From Octopus bimaculoides (lineage: Eukaryota): DNA of 64,000 nt. The position numbers and the translations under genes are program-made. Shown here piece by piece: positions 38,150 to 50,650 of the stretch; the stretch's first letter is position 1; the number at the start of each line of letters is the position of its first letter. The notes beneath the pieces were generated by a model. That model saw only the letters and a program-made list of their open reading frames with translations. It was not told the origin of the DNA and did not search any database. Location: NCBI RefSeq assembly GCF_001194135.2, contig NC_068983.1:99005420-99069419 (forward strand), given 5' to 3'.

Positions 38150-38635
38150 AGTGTTGTGTCAACACACTGGACATGAACATCTGACCTATGCAGAGTAGTA
38201 CTGTGTCAATACTAAGGGGATAACCTACATGAGTACTGTGTCAATACCCTAAAGATGACTGTCAATTATACACACTGGTGACAGGACTGACCTATATAGT
38301 ATCATATAAAAACACGCTGGAAATAACATATATAGGGATATGTATCAACATACTAAAGATGACGGAATTCATCTGTCCAGTGTGTAAACCTAACACTGGA
38401 CAGGAAGAGTTTAATGTCAGATCAATACACTTGAGATAATGCAATACAGTGTTATGTCAATACACAGGAGACAATGGGGTTGATTTATGTAATGGCATGT
38501 AAACACACTGGAGATGATAAAATAGAAAGTGTCAACACACTTGGAAATAATAAGTATATAGGATATATATATCTCAACACCATGGAGCTGATATGGTTGA
38601 CTTGTGTAATGTCATGACTATGCACTGGAGAGGAA
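38150..38635. repeat. Degenerate ~38-nt-period array with core GTGTCAAYACACTGGA
   Basis: About 13 recognisable units with variable spacing; 6 exact TGTCAA. Confidence 0.6.
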
Positions 38636-39009
38636 GTGTTAGAAGAACAAAAACATTATGGCCAATGACGTTTTTAATCTTCTATCAATGACATGCAGCA
38701 ACATAAAATATCTATATTTATACTTAAATAACACCAAGTATATAACAGTTATATACTTGTTCCCTAAGCACTATATAATTTATATTTCAAATGAAATTAT
38801 GCTTTAATTTATGACATAGCATAAATTTATATTGATAGAATATTGTGACAATATATTTCACCAAAATGTTCAATCAATGCTTATATACATATATCTTCTC
38901 TGTCAATAAAGGCAAGACATCTTTAATTCATATAACAACATATGGATAAGTGTACACATGTACATGGGTTTGAGAGAGAGAGGAAGAGAAGAGAGAAAGA
39001 GAGACTGTG

Positions 39010-40560
39010 TGTCATCAGCATCATCATCGTCATCGTCATCATTTAACATCTGCTTTCTATGCTGGCATGGGTTGGATGGTTTGACTGAGGACTGGGAAGC
39101 CAGGATGCTGCACCAGGCTCCATTCTGATTTAGCAAGGTTTCTACATGCCCTTCCTAATGCCAACCACTCTGAGAGTGTAGTAGGTGCTTTTTATGTGTT
39201 ACTGGCATGGGAGCCAGTCAAGTGGCAACGGTATCAACCATGCACAAATGGTGCTCTTTATGTGCCACCGGCACAGGTGCCAGTCAGGTGGCACTGGCAT
39301 CGGTCATGCTCGAATGGTGCATTTCACGTGCCAGTTAGGTGGCATTGGCATCGGCCATGCTTGAATGGTGCTTTTTACGTGTCAGGGGGCACTGGCATCA
39401 GCTACAACTATAATTTCATTTGGTTCAACAGATCTTCACAAGCATGACATATTGCCCAATGATTGAAGGGTGCTTTTAAATGGTACAGTTATGTGACACT
39501 GGCATCGGCCACGACTATGATCTCATTTGGTTTGCCGGGTCTTCTCAAGCACAGCATATCTCTAAAGGTCTCAGTCGTTTCTCAGTGCCTTTGTGAGGCT
39601 CAACATTCAAAGGTTGTGCTTCACCACCTCATCCCAGGTCTTCCTGGATCTACCTCTTCCACAGGTTCCCTCCACTGTTAGGGTGTGATGCTTCTTCACA
39701 CAGCTGTTCTCATCCATATGCATCACATGACCATACCAGCGCAGTTGTCTCTCTTGCACACTACATCTGATACTTCTGATGTCCAACTTTTCTCTCGGGG
39801 CACTTACACTCTGTCATGTATGCACACTGACATTATACATCCAGCAAAGCATACTAGCTTCATGTTTCACTGCTGTGTAGCATGGCTGTTTGCACACAGT
39901 CATCATAAAGTCGACCTTTTACTCTGAGTGAGAGGACCTTTGTTACCAGCAGAGGTAGGAGCTCTTTGAACTTTGCCCAGGCTATTCTTATTCTAGCAGC
40001 TACCCTCTCAGAGCATCCATCCCCACAATTGACTTGGTCACCTAGATAATGGAAGCTATCAACTACTTCTAGTTTTTCCCCCTGGCATGTGATGGAATCT
40101 GTTTTCTGTATATCTTCGGTGTGCATTGCAGCTGTGTATCTGCCACACACAAAAACTATTTTCCCAGTTAACCCTCCATAACTTACACTGAGTACATCTT
40201 ATGGAGTTTCTACCTATGCCTTTTCAACAGAGTGAGCAGGGCCATCTACCTGAAGGGATTTTTGATTTGTCTGCCTTCCTACTTACTAAGACTTTGGTTT
40301 TTGCTAGGTTGACTCTAAAACCCTTTGATTCTAGACCTTTATTCCACACCTGAAACTTCTTCTCTAGTTCTGGTAGTGACTCAGTTATTAGAGCAAGGTC
40401 ATCAGCATAGAGGAGCTCCCAGGGGCAGCTTGTCTTGAATTCCTCTGTTATTACCTGGAGGACTATAATGAATAGGTNNNNNNNNNNNNNNNNNNNNNNN
40501 NNNNNGGGGGGGGGGGGGGCTGAGGACTGATCCTTGGTGAACCCCCACTTCACTAACCAC
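39010..40560 (-). mobile_element. 5'-truncated RTE LINE
   Basis: PWELLYADDLAL RT motif (ORF 40224-40571), GEKLEVVDSFHYLGD, same 3' tail as 26.5 kb copy. Confidence 0.9.
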
Positions 40561-41122
40561 TTATATAGCATCAGTGGTGCTTATCCATGGTACAAACCCA
40601 ACAGCATCTCATCTAAACTAATTCTCTCCCTAATTAGTTGGGCTATGACCCTCTCTGTGACTTTCATCACCTGATCCAACAATTTGAAACCTCTGTAATT
40701 ATATCTATCTAATGCGTCACTTTTACCTTTGTAACTTTGACTATGGTGCTGCTACACCAGTCATTGGGTATGACTCCTTTGTGTATGCATGTAAAATTAG
40801 GGGTAGGCTACAAATGAGTTATTTCTTTGTTTTGCAATGGTTAATTTAATTCCCTTGTGTTCTATTTTACCGATCTCAATATGAAATAAAATTTTCACCT
40901 CAGGATCCAAGAATCATAGTATACAGTTACATTCTGCATCCCCCATACCTTATTTTTGTTGCAAGAGCTTTTCTGAGACCTCATGTTTTGCTTTCATTAA
41001 AGACTTCATCTAAAGAGTTTCCCCAAGATTATTTATGATATATAAAGTCAAAAACATTAGATAATCTTATAAGTATAATCAGTACTCAAAAAATATTTCT
41101 TGTAAGTTAAAACATACCTTAA

Positions 41123-41541
41123 CCTTGTTACCATATTTCTATTGAAATACACTGCCTTTGTTTCAATTAATTTACAAAATAATGAAGAATTCAGTAAAAT
41201 AACTTTGTCATTATTCCGCTGGCATTTAGAACAAATTATATAAAATTTTGATGGAACGTTTTAATTTAGCCCTTTGTCATGTAAACTGGTCATATCCAGC
41301 CCAAACATGCTACTTGCTTTATTTTCAAACCACTCGCACCTACTCTACAATGTTGTTTTAAAAATAAACAATCACATCAAAATCTCAAAGCTAGGAAAAA
41401 ATGTATGATTAATTCAAAACAATGTGAATAAATAAATGTTAATTTTAACAGAATAATCTGAATGCTAAAGGGTTAGATCACTTTAAAAGAGGAAGTTTAT
41501 ATCATAGAAAGACAGTCTCAATGAGGTTGATATGAAAAGGG
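41123..41541. mobile_element. P2 MITE with nested P1 MITE (41270-41472, TSD TTAG)
   Basis: Removing 41270-41476 restores the continuous sequence seen in the 1572-1794 copy. Confidence 0.75.
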
Positions 41542-42359
41542 TTTGTTAGTAAATTTCTAAAACCAAACTGTGCATTCTTCATCTTCAAAGACTGATATTT
41601 TAAAACATGTTTTAAAATTTTGTGTTCTCTTAATCATTTTGTGAAAGACTTAATTCCTATCAACATTTGCCTATGTCCTTTGGTGTGTCTTGTTTCACAC
41701 CATGACAATTTTCTTGATGATGTCATCAGAAAGAGGCAGAAACATGAACCCACAGCTGTCTTCTTATGTCTGGACAATAAGCTTCTCCTTTTCCTTGGTG
41801 GCATGGAAATCCCCAACACCACCTCCTCATTTCTCTCTCTACCCCAAACAAAACACACACAGACATATAGTTGAAATAAGCACAGAAAACAAGTTATCGA
41901 TATACTGAGTTATTGATATTTCAATATTTTTCATGTAATGAATATGATCTGTGAAAGCTCATTGAAACACATGTAATTAAACAATTGGAATATCAATAAT
42001 TTGCTTTCTGTGTTCTATTCCAACTGTATGTGGCTCTTGTTACTATGTTGTAGCCTGAATCCATATCTATGTTGCCTTACACAATGCATTATAGAAACAC
42101 AGGAGTTTAACATGGTTTGAATATTGAGTCCTAATTCATATGGTACCCTGTCATGCATTTTAGCACATCACTTACATGTACACACACACACACATACGAG
42201 TTTGGTGTAATTTAATGCACACAGGATTTAAAAGCAAAGTACTATAAGTCCCATACCTCTGATAACACAATAGTCAGACAAACTTATATAGTCTTCCATG
42301 CATTATTGAGCAATCACACACAGCACACACCTACACACAAAATCCACACATCATTTTAC

Positions 42360-42399
<40 letters not shown>

Positions 42400-42959
42400 T
42401 GAGGAGACAGCTATTGTGTATAGGGTGACTACTCAGTCTAAATCTATAGTTATACTTTGGCAACATATGTTAAATTCAATGGTTATGTATTCCTGTTGTA
42501 CACTTGTGTCAATGGGCTTGAAACTTTCAGACATCCAGAAGAAACTACTTTTGATGGTGACAGATGGATGATATTTCTGACAACTGATCAAAGGATATCA
42601 CTGCTTGCCTTAATATGTAGAAATTCTCAATTAGACAAAGTCTACAGTTTAGTTATCCATTCAAGTAATGAGTAGCTTTATTAACAACACAGTGTTATTG
42701 TAGGAAGTTTTAGATTCTTAGGCCTTGATTTTCCAGATGAATCAAGTCAAGAATATGAATTTTTCCTTAAATCTTTGATCTAAATAAGTGAAAAAGCTGG
42801 TAGTAATGACATTTGAAATTGTTCACAGTAATTCTTGTATAAATCTTTTCAATCTCATTCAGATATGATGGTTTACTAATCTCATATAATATGAATGTCT
42901 ATATTATATAGAAAGATTTTAAAAAGATATAACATAAATACTTTGAAAGCTTGACTTAA

Positions 42960-43330
42960 TCAGTTTGCTAGACATAACACTAAATTTAAATACAAGGAAA
43001 TACTACCAATATAGAAAACCAAATGAGGATACTATATATACTGTATATATTTACAAAGGTTCTTACCACCTCCTACCCCATAATTATGAATCTTACAATT
43101 GGAATAAGTGTATCTTTGAGCTGCCCTTGAAAAAAATCATCTTTAACGGCACCACTCTCTACTATTCTGAAAAGCTAGCTAGAAACAGCCCAAGTGAAAC
43201 ATTAGTGTATCTAGTGAACAACACACTCATCCCAAAACCAGAACAGAAGCTTGAAGAAAGGAATCTGATTTACTTCACTGTATGACTTGGATGATACCAC
43301 AAACACTGTCAGAAACTTTCTATCTCAAGA
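42960..43330 (+). mobile_element. Penelope-like element RT C-terminal (thumb) remnant
   Basis: LDITLNLNT..Y..YRKPNE..IY...S.H and IFN.TT.YY match the Penelope RT C-terminal region. Confidence 0.8.
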
Positions 43331-44699
43331 AAAACAACATTTTCCAGGATACACAAATATACTAGCCTTTTTGACATGTATATAATTAAGGTAGCTATTC
43401 TTGCCAGGACAGCTTCAGTTCCCATGTCACCAGTACTGTGGAATACACCTACCCAAAAGCCAACTTGTGCTGTTGAAATCTCTCAAATTGCCCAGTCAGG
43501 AGATTCTGTTTTGCAAATGTAGTTGTATATTGAACATCTATGACATCTTTAGTGTTGAACAGAATCACAGGAAACTCACAGCGGACTTTATTAATTGTCA
43601 TTATTGTCAGCATCTTCATTCATTTAGATCAAATTATCCTAATTTGTCAAGAAATTCAAGGACATCAACAATTTTCTTTAAAGCTATTCCATACTTCAAA
43701 CGATAAAACTTCTGGTTTTGTCTAATGAAAAAGCTCTAGATGTTAAAGCAGCCAATGCTAATCTTTAACTACTAGTCAGAAGCATTGTCCAATTGTTGTT
43801 ATCAGAAGAAGTTTCTTCTGGACATCTGCTACCATATGCCTAAACGCTCAACTCCCACTAACACAAATTCATAGCCAGTGAATTTCACAAGTATCATAGA
43901 GCAGTTGTCCTTGACAACATGTTTGATTTGGTAGTCTTCATTTATATCATAGTAGTACAGTAACCTTCAGCAATAAATTTGATTATAGGACTCATCTTCA
44001 CTGATGAGAAACAACCTGCCTTGTAGTTTGTGAATATAATTTTTATTTACTACGTGCTGTCTTGTCAATCATTTAAAAACTTTTTGCATGAGAAACTCCA
44101 AATAACAATGGTGTGATTTACCAGCTGTGTTCCTTCAATAAGTATAAATCCCACACTATGCATTGAGTGATTTTCTTTTCTTTTGCTCATAAGCATAAAT
44201 GTATACTTACTCCCTATCTACAAAACAACAATAAATAACTGAAGACGGTGAGGCAAACCATTTTTTATTCTTTGAAGAATGTGTGTATGTGTGTGTGTGT
44301 AAGAAAGCGTTATCAAGTACATGTGTTGGAAACCTTTTTAACATGGGAGGGAAACAACTAGGATATCAACACATGATTACAGATCCAAAACATGGAAATC
44401 ACCTCATTACACAGGAAAAAAAAGGGTGTTGAAAAGTTCATTTATCTTCACTGGCCAAATTTTTTTTTAAATGTAAGATTTTATTATATTAATAGTTTTT
44501 TCTAAAACAGTTTCAATAACTATATGAAACTCTTCAAATGATAATTCCCAATGACCATATACTTTCAGATAAAACAAAGAATTTACACAATCTGAACAAG
44601 ACCATGAACTTTAAACTTCAGACAAACAACAACGCTAATATATATATGTATATATATATAAGACAACTCCACCACAAACAGTATCATAAATCCAGAGGA

Positions 44700-45350
44700 G
44701 AATGAATTAGTTTCCCAATTAGAAAGAGATGACCATATGGACAGTCTTGATATGCATACAAGCTACTTTACCTTTAACAATCATATGGGTAACTTCCTCT
44801 TCAAATTCAAACGAGGATAATCAACTCAGCATAAGTAAAATGGGAAGAATTTGCAAGTATATTTTCAACTTAGTTAACCTCAAAATTATATGTATCACGA
44901 GACTACAATAACAGAACTGCAGTACTACTGTCCTCAAGTGGGTGTCATGGTACTGAAAACAAATTCTCTGGCACATTCACCTAATTCAATATTGTTGACT
45001 GTTATTGCTCTATATCTAAGTCTCCAGTTGAGAAAGCTTGTATAACAACATTAATGATTTATGAATCTCTCCCACTTTAAACCCTGGATTTTGAGAAATG
45101 ATTCATTATAATCAATGATCTAGACACCAGAATAACAATGACTGCTAGAAAGTCACTATTGTTTCATGATAAATCCTACTGGGTTGAAAGGGAAGGTGAT
45201 GCTTTCTTCTACATCTCCATGGGGAGTTATAATAGAGCTAAAGTGGCTGAACTTGTTGGGTTGGTTACTTATGATATATTCAGAAAGTACACTATCCCAT
45301 ATTTCTGGAAGGTACAGAGATGAAGATATATCAATCTCATAAAATAGGAG
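44700..45350 (+). mobile_element. Penelope-like element RT N-terminal/core remnant
   Basis: RIINSA..KMGRICKYI, FNIVDCY, ARKSLLF..W, MGSYNRAKVAELVG (cf. MGSYDGAEVCELVG) and YRDE at 45313-45324. Confidence 0.85.
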
Positions 45351-46177
45351 CAGTCATCCCATGGATAGATGTACAAAGTATTCACTATGAATATTTAAGA
45401 AGTTTGGCTTAACCCTCAAACTGCTCTGCATAATTAAATTTCATGGTTGTTTCTTATGATATTAATTATCTACCAAAAAAATATAATTAGTATTTTTAAT
45501 GAGTCATGTTGCCTTATAATAAAATATGACATGCCTCAACAAGAAACAGATTTGCATTAAAAAAATCATTTTGAGGAGTTAATGCTAACGAAAAGTTTTG
45601 AGAGGATTTCCTTATTAAGTGGATTAAATGTAAACATTAGCACTAAATGATAGTCAACATTGTAAACATAACAAACACAATATTTAAATACAAGCAAACA
45701 CAATTCTGAATATGCATATATCTATACCAGCTTACTACCCATCCTACAGACAGAGAGAATTCATTGTAAACAAAAATTCTTGTTTCATAGATTAAATGAA
45801 TATTCATATAACTTCAGTTGAATTAACAATGTCAAAGATTTCTTTAAATATGTGCATACAATTTTCTGTCTATGTACACATTTCTGCATTTACATACATC
45901 TGCGGAAGCATATGTATGCATGTGCATAACTTTCATGTACAATCTTAATCAAACGTTTGAATACAAAGATGAAATCTAGTATTTTTCAAAATATGCTTTG
46001 ATATAAAGATAATTAATTATTTACTAGATATTTGCAAGTAATTAAAGTTAACTCATTAATATTACTTATGGTATAAGAATGATGAACTATTATTTCATAC
46101 TTTTATTTTCTCTTTGGCATTTCTGATATTGCAAGATATATCAATATTTTATTATCTCGTTTATTATTTTCATACAT

Positions 46178-46276
46178 GAATGTTGTTAACAGTGACTTCA
46201 AAGTTTCAGCCAGCGAAGCCATTGTTGGACAACGGCTTGGCTGGTCAAAACTTCGAAATCACAGTCAACAACATTC
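46178..46276 (-). ncRNA. Candidate structured RNA hairpin (pre-miRNA-like or palindromic repeat)
   Basis: 47-bp stem with 5-nt loop; on the minus strand 6 G.U pairs and only 3 mismatches. Confidence 0.35.
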
Positions 46277-49200
46277 TTGTGTAAGAACAATAAATTTTTA
46301 CTTTACAAAAGTATAGTATAATCCATCAGATTAATGTAAAATTGTTTTTAACTCTTTAGCATTTAAACTGGCCATATCCAGCCCAAATATTCTACCTAGT
46401 TTATGTTCAGAGCAGCCAGATCCAGCCTCTCGGACCGATCCAACAGTGTGATTCTAAAAATAAACAGTCACATCATCAAAATCTTGAAGATACAAGATAA
46501 TGCATGGTCAATTCAAAACATTGTGAATAAATATGCACTACATTTAACAGAGTAATCTGAACATTAAAGGGTTGATATATTTTATTATTTAGTTTATTTA
46601 TAATCTCACAAAAACGTTGGGGGTTGAAATTGTTACTTTATTTGACTGATGTCCAGTAAGACATCGGCTAAGTATTTGCCAGTATTGTCCAAAAAACTTT
46701 GACTTCATAACATCACTGAAGTGAATATATATCGTGAAGCAGATGATCTTGTGCCACAACTCATCAAACTGATTATATGATTCATTATCTATGCCCATTT
46801 ATATTTAGCAGTGTCATATAAACACAGCTGCCATCAATAGTGAAAAGCAGCAGACTTCAAACTAGTTACAAGATGTCAAGCAAAAAGAAAGAAAAAGTCT
46901 AGGTGTAGCTATGTGGTAAGAAGTTTACTTCTCAACCACATGGTTCCAGGTTCAGTACCACTATGGTACTGGGCAAGTGTCTTCTACTATAGCCTCAGGC
47001 CAACCAAAGCCTTGTAAGTGGATTTGGTAGGCGGAAACTGAAAGAAACCCATTGTATGAGTACATACATACATATTTATATATATATATATATATGTAAT
47101 TGAGTGTTTTAGGAAAATGGAGGAGACTTCATTTCATCAAGATACAGTACAGCAGGCTTGTTACTCCTTAGATCATAAAGTAAAGAACCCAGCATGGCTG
47201 ATGTAACAGAGTTAAATAAGAATGTCTAAGAAAGAAGCTAATAATGACAAGCTTAGTTGTGAATGAGTATGTCTTTATGTTTATTTGAGTGTCTGTTTGG
47301 TATGTGCATACGTATTTTTTTAGATGTATGTCAAAAGGAAAGGAAAAGTTCAAAGTTCAACAGAGTTAAAATAGACTAATTGTTTCAAAAGTCTAATTAC
47401 AACTAGTAACACCTGCCAGAAAACATCATGTGTGTGTGTGTGCACACACACACACACACAGACATGAAATTCCAGGTATTGTGGAAAACAGCAATAAAGT
47501 TTTCTTTGTATCTGCTGGTGACAAAATATATAAAAATTTTTAAATGTTCTCAATTATATACAAAATTGTCTAAACTCATATGAGTGTTGAAGGTGTATTA
47601 TGATTTACCTGTGATGATGTGTGTGTGTGTGTATATATAAATAAATATATATATATATATATATGGAAAAAAGACAAAGTAGAAAATGCTAAAATACTTT
47701 TATAAAAGTATTTTAGCATTTTCTACTTTGTCATTTTTCCATATATATCTACTTGTGTGTTCCTCTTCAACCTTTTATNNNNNNNNNNNNNNNNNNNNNN
47801 NNNNNNNNNNNNNNNNNNNNNNNNNNNNNNNNNNNNNNNNNNNNNNNNNNNNNNNNNNNNNNNNNNNNNNNNNNNNNNNNNNNNNNNNNNNNNNNNNNNN
47901 NNNNNNNNNNNNNNNNNNNNNNNNNNNNNNNNNNNNNNNNNNNNNNNNNNNNNNNNNNNNNNNNNNNNNNNNNNNNNNNNNNNNNNNNNNNNNNNNNNNN
48001 NNNNNNNNNNNNNNNNNNNNNNNNNNNNNNNNNNNNNNNNNNNNNNNNNNNNNNNNNNNNNNNNNNNNNNNNNNNNNNNNNNNNNNNNNNNNNNNNNNNN
48101 NNNNNNNNNNNNNNNNNNNNNNNNNNNNNNNNNNNNNNNNNNNNNNNNNNNNNNNNNNNNNNNNNNNNNNNNNNNNNNNNNNNNNNNNNNNNNNNNNNNN
48201 NNNNNNNNNNNNNNNNNNNNNNNNNNNNNNNNNNNNNNNNNNNNNNNNNNNNNNNNNNNNNNNNNNNNNNNNNNNNNNNNNNNNNNNNNNNNNNNNNNNN
48301 NNNNNNNNNNNNNNNNNNNNNNNNNNNNNNNNNNNNNNNNNNNNNNNNNNNNNNNNNNNNNNNNNNNNNNNNNNNNNNNNNNNNNNNNNNNNNNNNNNNN
48401 NNNNNNNNNNNNNNNNNNNNNNNNNNNNNNNNNNNNNNNNNNNNNNNNNNNNNNNNNNNNNNNNNNNNNNNNNNNNNNNNNNNNNNNNNNNNNNNNNNNN
48501 NNNNNNNNNNNNNNNNNNNNNNNNNNNNNNNNNNNNNNNNNNNNNNNNNNNNNNNNNNNNNNNNNNNNNNNNNNNNNNNNNNNNNNNNNNNNNNNNNNNN
48601 NNNNNNNNNNNNNNNNNNNNNNNNNNNNNNNNNNNNNNNNNNNNNNNNNNNNNNNNNNNNNNNNNNNNNNNNNNNNNNNNNNNNNNNNNNNNNNNNNNNN
48701 NNNNNNNNNNNNNNNNNNNNNNNNNNNNNNNNNNNNNNNNNNNNNNNNATATATATATATATATATACATTGGGCTTCTTTCAGTTTTAATCTACCAAAT
48801 CCAATCCACTCACAACGCTTTGGTTGGCCCAAGGCTATTGTAGAAGACACTTGCCCAAGGTGTCAAGCAGTGTGATTAAACTGTGAACTATATGGTTGGG
48901 AAGCAAGCTTCTTACCACACAGCCACATCTGCATCTCATGTACATAAATATTTTGTCTGTATAAGTGTGTATTGTGGACAATCTATTGATAGATGAGTGT
49001 GCACAGACAGTATATGTTCACATGTTTATAGAATCTTATCTATGTTTGCATGTGGTGTGTAATCTTTTGATAGATATATATAGTAGAGTACACTTATGTA
49101 AATGAGATGCAAATGTAATCTGATGACCACCTTCTAATTTTTTTTCACTTACTTTCTCTTTCTCTCTCATCCATTCTTTTTATTGCCCTCCAACCCTTCT

Positions 49201-49340
49201 CCATTTGCTTCCTCTTTTTTTCAGGTCACACTCCTTTCTTACCTTACTTTTTTTCCTCTTTCACCTTTACAGCTTACTAATTAAAACCTGTTATGATTTG
49301 TTTTGGGTGGAGGGACACACAGACTTACTGCAAATTCACA

Positions 49341-49557
49341 AACACATACACTTTAAGGGCATTGTGAAAGGCCTGGTTGGAGGCCCAACCTTCCCAGTTC
49401 TTTTACAGGGATTAGAAAAACTGAAGGACTACTGCAATAAGTGTGTGAATCTGAAAGGTGAATATATTGAATAAAATCATAATTAACTGATCCTCCAGTA
49501 TTTTCTTTTACTCAAAGCCAAGAACTTTTCAGCACCCCCCATATGTATGTATGTATG

Positions 49558-49604
<47 letters not shown>

Positions 49605-50580
49605 NNNNNNNNNNNNNNNNNNNNNNNNNNNNNNNNNNNNNNNNNNNNNNNNNNNNNNNNNNNNNNNNNNNNNNNNNNNNNNNNNNNNNNNNNNNNNNNN
49701 NNNNNNNNNNNNNNNNNNNNNNNNNNNNNNNNNNNNNNNNNNNNNNNNNNNNNNNNNNNNNNNNNNNNNNNNNNNNNNNNNNNNNNNNNNNNNNNNNNNN
49801 NNNNNNNNNNNNNNNNNNNNNNNNNNNNNNNNNNNNNNNNNNNNNNNNNNNNNNNNNNNNNNNNNNNNNNNNNNNNNNNNNNNNNNNNNNNNNNNNNNNN
49901 NNNNNNNNNNNNNNNNNNNNNNNNNNNNNNNNNNNNNNNNNNNNNNNNNNNNNNNNNNNNNNNNNNNNNNNNNNNNNNNNNNNNNNNNNNNNNNNNNNNN
50001 NNNNNNNNNNNNNNNNNNNNNNNNNNNNNNNNNNNNNNNNNNNNNNNNNNNNNNNNNNNNNNNNNNNNNNNNNNNNNNNNNNNNNNNNNNNNNNNNNNNN
50101 NNNNNNNNNNNNNNNNNNNNNNNNNNNNNNNNNNNNNNNNNNNNNNNNNNNNNNNNNNNNNNNNNNNNNNNNNNNNNNNNNNNNNNNNNNNNNNNNNNNN
50201 NNNNNNNNNNNNNNNNNNNNNNNNNNNNNNNNNNNNNNNNNCCAAAGCCAGGAACTTTTCACCACCATCCATGTATGTATGTATGTATGTACACATAATC
50301 TGTGCATATGTATATAAGTGTGTTCATATGTATATATGTATACATATATATATATATTTATACACACAAGGTAGTGCTGAAAAGTTCCTGGCTTTAAGGA
50401 TATTGCAAAAGGCCTGGCTGGAGGTCCAATCTTCTGAGTTCTTTTATAGGGCTTAGAAAAACTGAAGAACTGCTGCAAAAAAGTGTGTGAATCTGAGAGA
50501 GGAATATGTTTGATAAAATCATAATTAACTGATCCTCCTGAATTTTCTTTTACCCAAAGCCAGGAACTTTTCACCACCAT
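49341..50580 (+). mobile_element. Tandem array of at least 3 mariner-derived MITEs separated by microsatellites (partly in gap)
   Basis: TIR GGTGCTGAAAAGTTCCTGGCTTT / AAAGCCAGGAACTTTTCA; internal mariner C-terminus QGLEKLKDYCNKCVNLKGEYIE*. Confidence 0.85.
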
Positions 50581-50601
50581 CCATGTATGTATGTATGTAT
50601 G

Positions 50602-50650
<49 letters not shown>

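Noticed and set aside
38150-38635. Repeat-spacer appearance suggestive of a CRISPR array
   Set aside because: Repeats are highly degenerate, spacing is irregular, the context is eukaryotic and there are no cas genes; kept only as a degenerate minisatellite.
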